A stretch of 64,000 bases of DNA, taken from IMG/VR virus record IMGVR_UViG_3300019752_000001; one strand, given 5' to 3'. The stretch is from a virus. Below the pieces are notes generated by a model. It was not told where the DNA came from. It searched no databases and was given only the letters and a program-made list of their open reading frames with translations. This document shows, piece by piece, positions 60,711-64,000 of the stretch. Position 1 is the first letter of the stretch; every line of letters begins with the position of its first letter. The translations under genes and the position numbers were made by a program.

Positions 60711-63125
60711 TTGGCAATCCCTAATAACTACAAAAACAGAGTATTCTCTGGAGACATTGAAGCCAATGGACTCCTAGAGACAGTTGATAAAGTTTGGTGT
60801 ATTGTAACTGAGGATATTGAGTCTGAAGAGATGTACACTTTCCACGACTACCCTGAATTGTGTGGTCAAGAGGTTGTAGATCCTCATGATAATATAACCT
60901 ACACCATCCCAGAGCGCACTGGGAGCCTTGTGGAGGGTGTTCGATTCTGGTACTTAGCAGGACGCAATGGAAGTAAACTTGCTGTACACAACTGTGCAGG
61001 ATATGACAAGCTGCTTGTTGAGAAGTTCTGGCCTAAGTGTGTTATTCCTGATGAAGCTTGGGATGACACATTAATATGGAGCAAGATTCAGTGGTTTGAA
61101 CGAGGAACCCCTAAAGGTGCTAAAGGTGTACATGGTCTTCAAGCATGGGGTTGTAGGTTTGGTATCAATAAACCTGATATTGTAGACTGGACAGTGATGG
61201 ACGCTTTCATGCTGCATCGTTGTATAGAAGATGTTAAGATTCAAACTAAGACGTACAACTATTTATTGAAGGAAAGGAAAGCTGTAAAGTCTAAACTTAA
61301 CATTGACTTCACCGAAGGCTATCAATTAGAGTTTAAAGTCAGACAGGAAGATACTTGGCAGGAACTTAATGGAGCTAATATAGACAAACCTGCTTGTGAG
61401 GACTGCATAGTAGAGCTTGATAAGCTATCTAGTGAACTTAGAAATGAAATTGAACCACAACTCCCACAACATGTTAAGGCTAAAACTCAGAAAGTGAGTT
61501 TGTCTGAGTTAGGTGAATTGTTAGGGTTGAAAAGAAAGCTTGTGGATGAAACTGAAAGGGTTGTTGTTAAAGGTGAGTGGGTGGAGAAGGTTAAGAAGCC
61601 TTACCACAAACCTTCTGTTAATTACACTTCTAGGAAAAAACTTCTCCAATACTCTGGCGAACATGTAGTATATGGTAAGACTTTAACCTATGAAAAACGT
61701 GCACAATTATCTACATGGATAAAAGAAACCTTCCCAGACACTAAGCAGAAAGATTGGAATATTAAGAAGGTTGAAATTGAGTACGAAGTGTTGAATCATC
61801 ACACAGTTAATCATTTTGAATGTGATCCAACTGATACAGAGTATGTGTGTGGGCCTCATACACGTGTTGAATGGCTTGATACTAAGATGAGTCAGCATGA
61901 CAAGGTTAAACAGTTCTTGTTGAAGCTGGGATGGGTTCCTGATGAATGGAACTATAAGAAAGATCCTATCAAGGGTGGGTTGATGAAGGATGATGACAGG
62001 AAACCTATTCCAACATCACCGAAGTTAACAGAGAGCAGTTATGAAACTCTTCCGCCTGGCTTAGGTATGCAGATTGCTGAGTACAACACATACATGCACC
62101 GTAGGCGCTTTCTAGCTAACCCAGAAGATGATGAGAAAGGTATCCTTAACATGCTGCGTGAAGATGGAAGGTTGTCCTGTGGGCTTAACAACTTTGCTAC
62201 AGCTACTGGAAGGTATATACAGAGTAAGTGGGTGAATGCTCCTGGTGAAGGTGCTCTGTATGGAGAGAAGATTCGTAGTCTGCTAATCCCTTCTCCTGGG
62301 TGGGAGTTGGTTGGGGCTGATATGAAGAGTGCTCAGTTGAGTATTGCTGCATACTATGCTAATAATTTGGAGTATTACAACGCTGTTGCTGATGGACAAG
62401 AAGAGATAGAATTACCAGATGGAACTAAGAAGTATCTTGGGGAAAGTGGTCACTGTGTAAATGCTCGTGCATTCACCTTGGTAAGTGATGCTGAGTGGAA
62501 AGAGGCTGTACGTACACAAGATTCAGTGTTATTGAAAAGTATTATGCTTCGTCGTAAGAAGAGTAAAGGTGGTAGTTTTAGTACTATCTTTGGAGCATCT
62601 GGTAGGAAAGTTGCACAGACATTAGGTATTCCTGAGTCATTAGGGGAAGCTAAGAAGAATGCCTTCTTGAAGAACATTGGTCTTGACAGGGTGATAGAAA
62701 TCCTTAAAATGATGACCACAGCTAATGCAAGAGCAGGTGGAGGGTACATTGAACTACCCTTTGGTTATCATGTTTGGAGTAACCAGCAACATAAATACTT
62801 CAACTATCTTGACCAAGGAACTGAAGCTGCTTGTCAGAAGTTTGCTACTCATTACTTTGAAGATCAGTTGAAGGAAAGAAAACTTGACTCTCAAGCGATG
62901 AGGGTGTTAAATATACATGATGAGTATTTGGTAGATTGTCATCCAGATATTTCTAAAGAGGTTGGTAAGCTCATGTGTGAGTCTTATGAAGTTGCTAGCT
63001 ACGAATGTTGGGAATGGCATAAGAAGAACAGCAAATGGTTTACGGGAGATGACCTACCAACATTCATGTTTAACTTGGATGGTGGTTGTAAGATCTCTGC
63101 TAACAATTACCTTGAAACACATTGA
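60711..63125 (+). CDS. family A DNA polymerase with 3'-5' exonuclease
   Basis: DIEANG, HNCAGYD, RCIEDV; TATGR, ADMKSAQL, RKKSKGGSFSTIFG, NIHDE. Confidence 0.95.
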   Translation: MAIPNNYKNRVFSGDIEANGLLETVDKVWCIVTEDIESEEMYTFHDYPELCGQEVVDPHDNITYTIPERTGSLVEGVRFWYLAGRNGSKLAVHNCAGYDKLLVEKFWPKCVIPDEAWDDTLIWSKIQWFERGTPKGAKGVHGLQAWGCRFGINKPDIVDWTVMDAFMLHRCIEDVKIQTKTYNYLLKERKAVKSKLNIDFTEGYQLEFKVRQEDTWQELNGANIDKPACEDCIVELDKLSSELRNEIEPQLPQHVKAKTQKVSLSELGELLGLKRKLVDETERVVVKGEWVEKVKKPYHKPSVNYTSRKKLLQYSGEHVVYGKTLTYEKRAQLSTWIKETFPDTKQKDWNIKKVEIEYEVLNHHTVNHFECDPTDTEYVCGPHTRVEWLDTKMSQHDKVKQFLLKLGWVPDEWNYKKDPIKGGLMKDDDRKPIPTSPKLTESSYETLPPGLGMQIAEYNTYMHRRRFLANPEDDEKGILNMLREDGRLSCGLNNFATATGRYIQSKWVNAPGEGALYGEKIRSLLIPSPGWELVGADMKSAQLSIAAYYANNLEYYNAVADGQEEIELPDGTKKYLGESGHCVNARAFTLVSDAEWKEAVRTQDSVLLKSIMLRRKKSKGGSFSTIFGASGRKVAQTLGIPESLGEAKKNAFLKNIGLDRVIEILKMMTTANARAGGGYIELPFGYHVWSNQQHKYFNYLDQGTEAACQKFATHYFEDQLKERKLDSQAMRVLNIHDEYLVDCHPDISKEVGKLMCESYEVASYECWEWHKKNSKWFTGDDLPTFMFNLDGGCKISANNYLETH

Positions 63126-63240
63126 TAGGAAGAGAACTTTGAACTATCACACTTTATCCGTATTAGAAGTTCAAGAACTTAGGCAGGACTTGAAGAGTAG
63201 TTTGATTAAACTTGAAGAAATTATCGAAGAGGAGAAAACC

Positions 63241-63618
63241 ATGACTAACACAAAATACAAGCTATACAATGTTTATAAAGTAGTTGATGACGAGAGAAAA
63301 GAATTAGTGGAAACTTACATATCTTATCGAGGAGCTTATAATCAAGAGTCTGGAGCTTTTTACTTCGACGAACTAGGTGTTGATGACGATGATATTGTAG
63401 AATATCCAAGCAATACGTTCTATTGGGAAGAAGAACCTGATAAGAACAAAACTATTCAATCCCTATTTTCACACTCTTATTTCCGAGGTACACAGAACCC
63501 TCATGAGTGTTTTGCTCACTTGTTAGGTGTGTCTCGTAACCGAGCTAAAGAGTTGGCTGTAGCTATTAGTTATTATGGAGTACAAGCTACTACTCCTCCT
63601 GCACATACACTTTACTAA
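63241..63618 (+). CDS. hypothetical protein, paralog of the next gene
   Basis: GGAG RBS at 63241; MTNTKYKLYNVY...FAHLLGVSRNRAKEL. Confidence 0.6.
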   Translation: MTNTKYKLYNVYKVVDDERKELVETYISYRGAYNQESGAFYFDELGVDDDDIVEYPSNTFYWEEEPDKNKTIQSLFSHSYFRGTQNPHECFAHLLGVSRNRAKELAVAISYYGVQATTPPAHTLY

Positions 63619-63629
63619 GGAGAAAAACC

Positions 63630-64000
63630 ATGACTAACACAACTACAAAGTACAACGTTTACAATATCTACCGTAAGTTAGATAACGGTAAGAAGAAGCT
63701 TGAAGAGTGTTATGTGACTGATAATATCCACACAGCACATGATAATAAATTCTGGTTAACAGCTGTGAACATACCCGCAGAACCTAACTATAAAGTGTAC
63801 GACCCTGATCAGTATCTTTGGGAGATTGAAACCAGAGAGCATCGGAAGTTGATGGAGTTCTACTTAAACTCTTATTTCTACGGAGAGAGTAAAGACCGTC
63901 ACGGTAACTTCGCAAAGCTTTTGGGGATTTCTCGACGAGAAGCTAAAAATTTAGTTTATATGATTACCTACAGAGGGGTTACTTCTTACCTTAAAAACAA
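63630..64000 (+). CDS. hypothetical protein (runs off the window)
   Basis: MTNTTTKYNVYNIY...FAKLLGISRREAKNL. Confidence 0.6.
   Translation, partial: MTNTTTKYNVYNIYRKLDNGKKKLEECYVTDNIHTAHDNKFWLTAVNIPAEPNYKVYDPDQYLWEIETREHRKLMEFYLNSYFYGESKDRHGNFAKLLGISRREAKNLVYMITYRGVTSYLKN

Noticed and set aside
60711-63125. Intein or intron in the DNA polymerase or nrdA
   Set aside because: Continuous ORFs with no C/S...HN-C splice motifs or homing-nuclease inserts.

Overview
64 kb of a large lytic dsDNA tailed-phage genome, most likely infecting a Gammaproteobacterium. There are no structural genes, tRNAs, rRNA or CRISPR arrays in view. Layout: (i) 1-19.6 kb, + strand: nucleotide metabolism (ThyA, NrdAB, glutaredoxin, MazG-like), DNA ligase and a tRNA-repair-like block (CCA enzyme, Pth2-like, RlaP-like). 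(ii) 19.6-29.2 kb: an unusual island of small early-type genes, each behind a sigma70 promoter folded into a hairpin. Its non-coding parts hold a XerCD dif-like site, four sigma54 boxes, about 19 copies of a TGARY-N4-RYTCA palindrome, a 53-bp inverted repeat pair and tandem repeats; it may be the terminal-repeat / first-injected region. (iii) 29.2-54.8 kb, - strand accessory genes: a CoaE-CoaD pair, a minimal second A-family polymerase next to a structured non-coding element, RlmN-like radical SAM enzyme, Pif1 helicase, macro domain, a Prs/Nampt (NARP1-type) NAD+ reconstitution pair and several small paralog families. (iv) 54.8-64 kb, + strand: Srd-like protein, GHKL ATPase, primase-helicase and family A DNA polymerase. 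Best candidates for an undescribed system are a phage CoA-reconstitution pair (CoaD+CoaE, possibly decayed here), the minimal polymerase plus structured element, and the host-protein-site island. All product calls come from motif recognition by eye; no searches were run.
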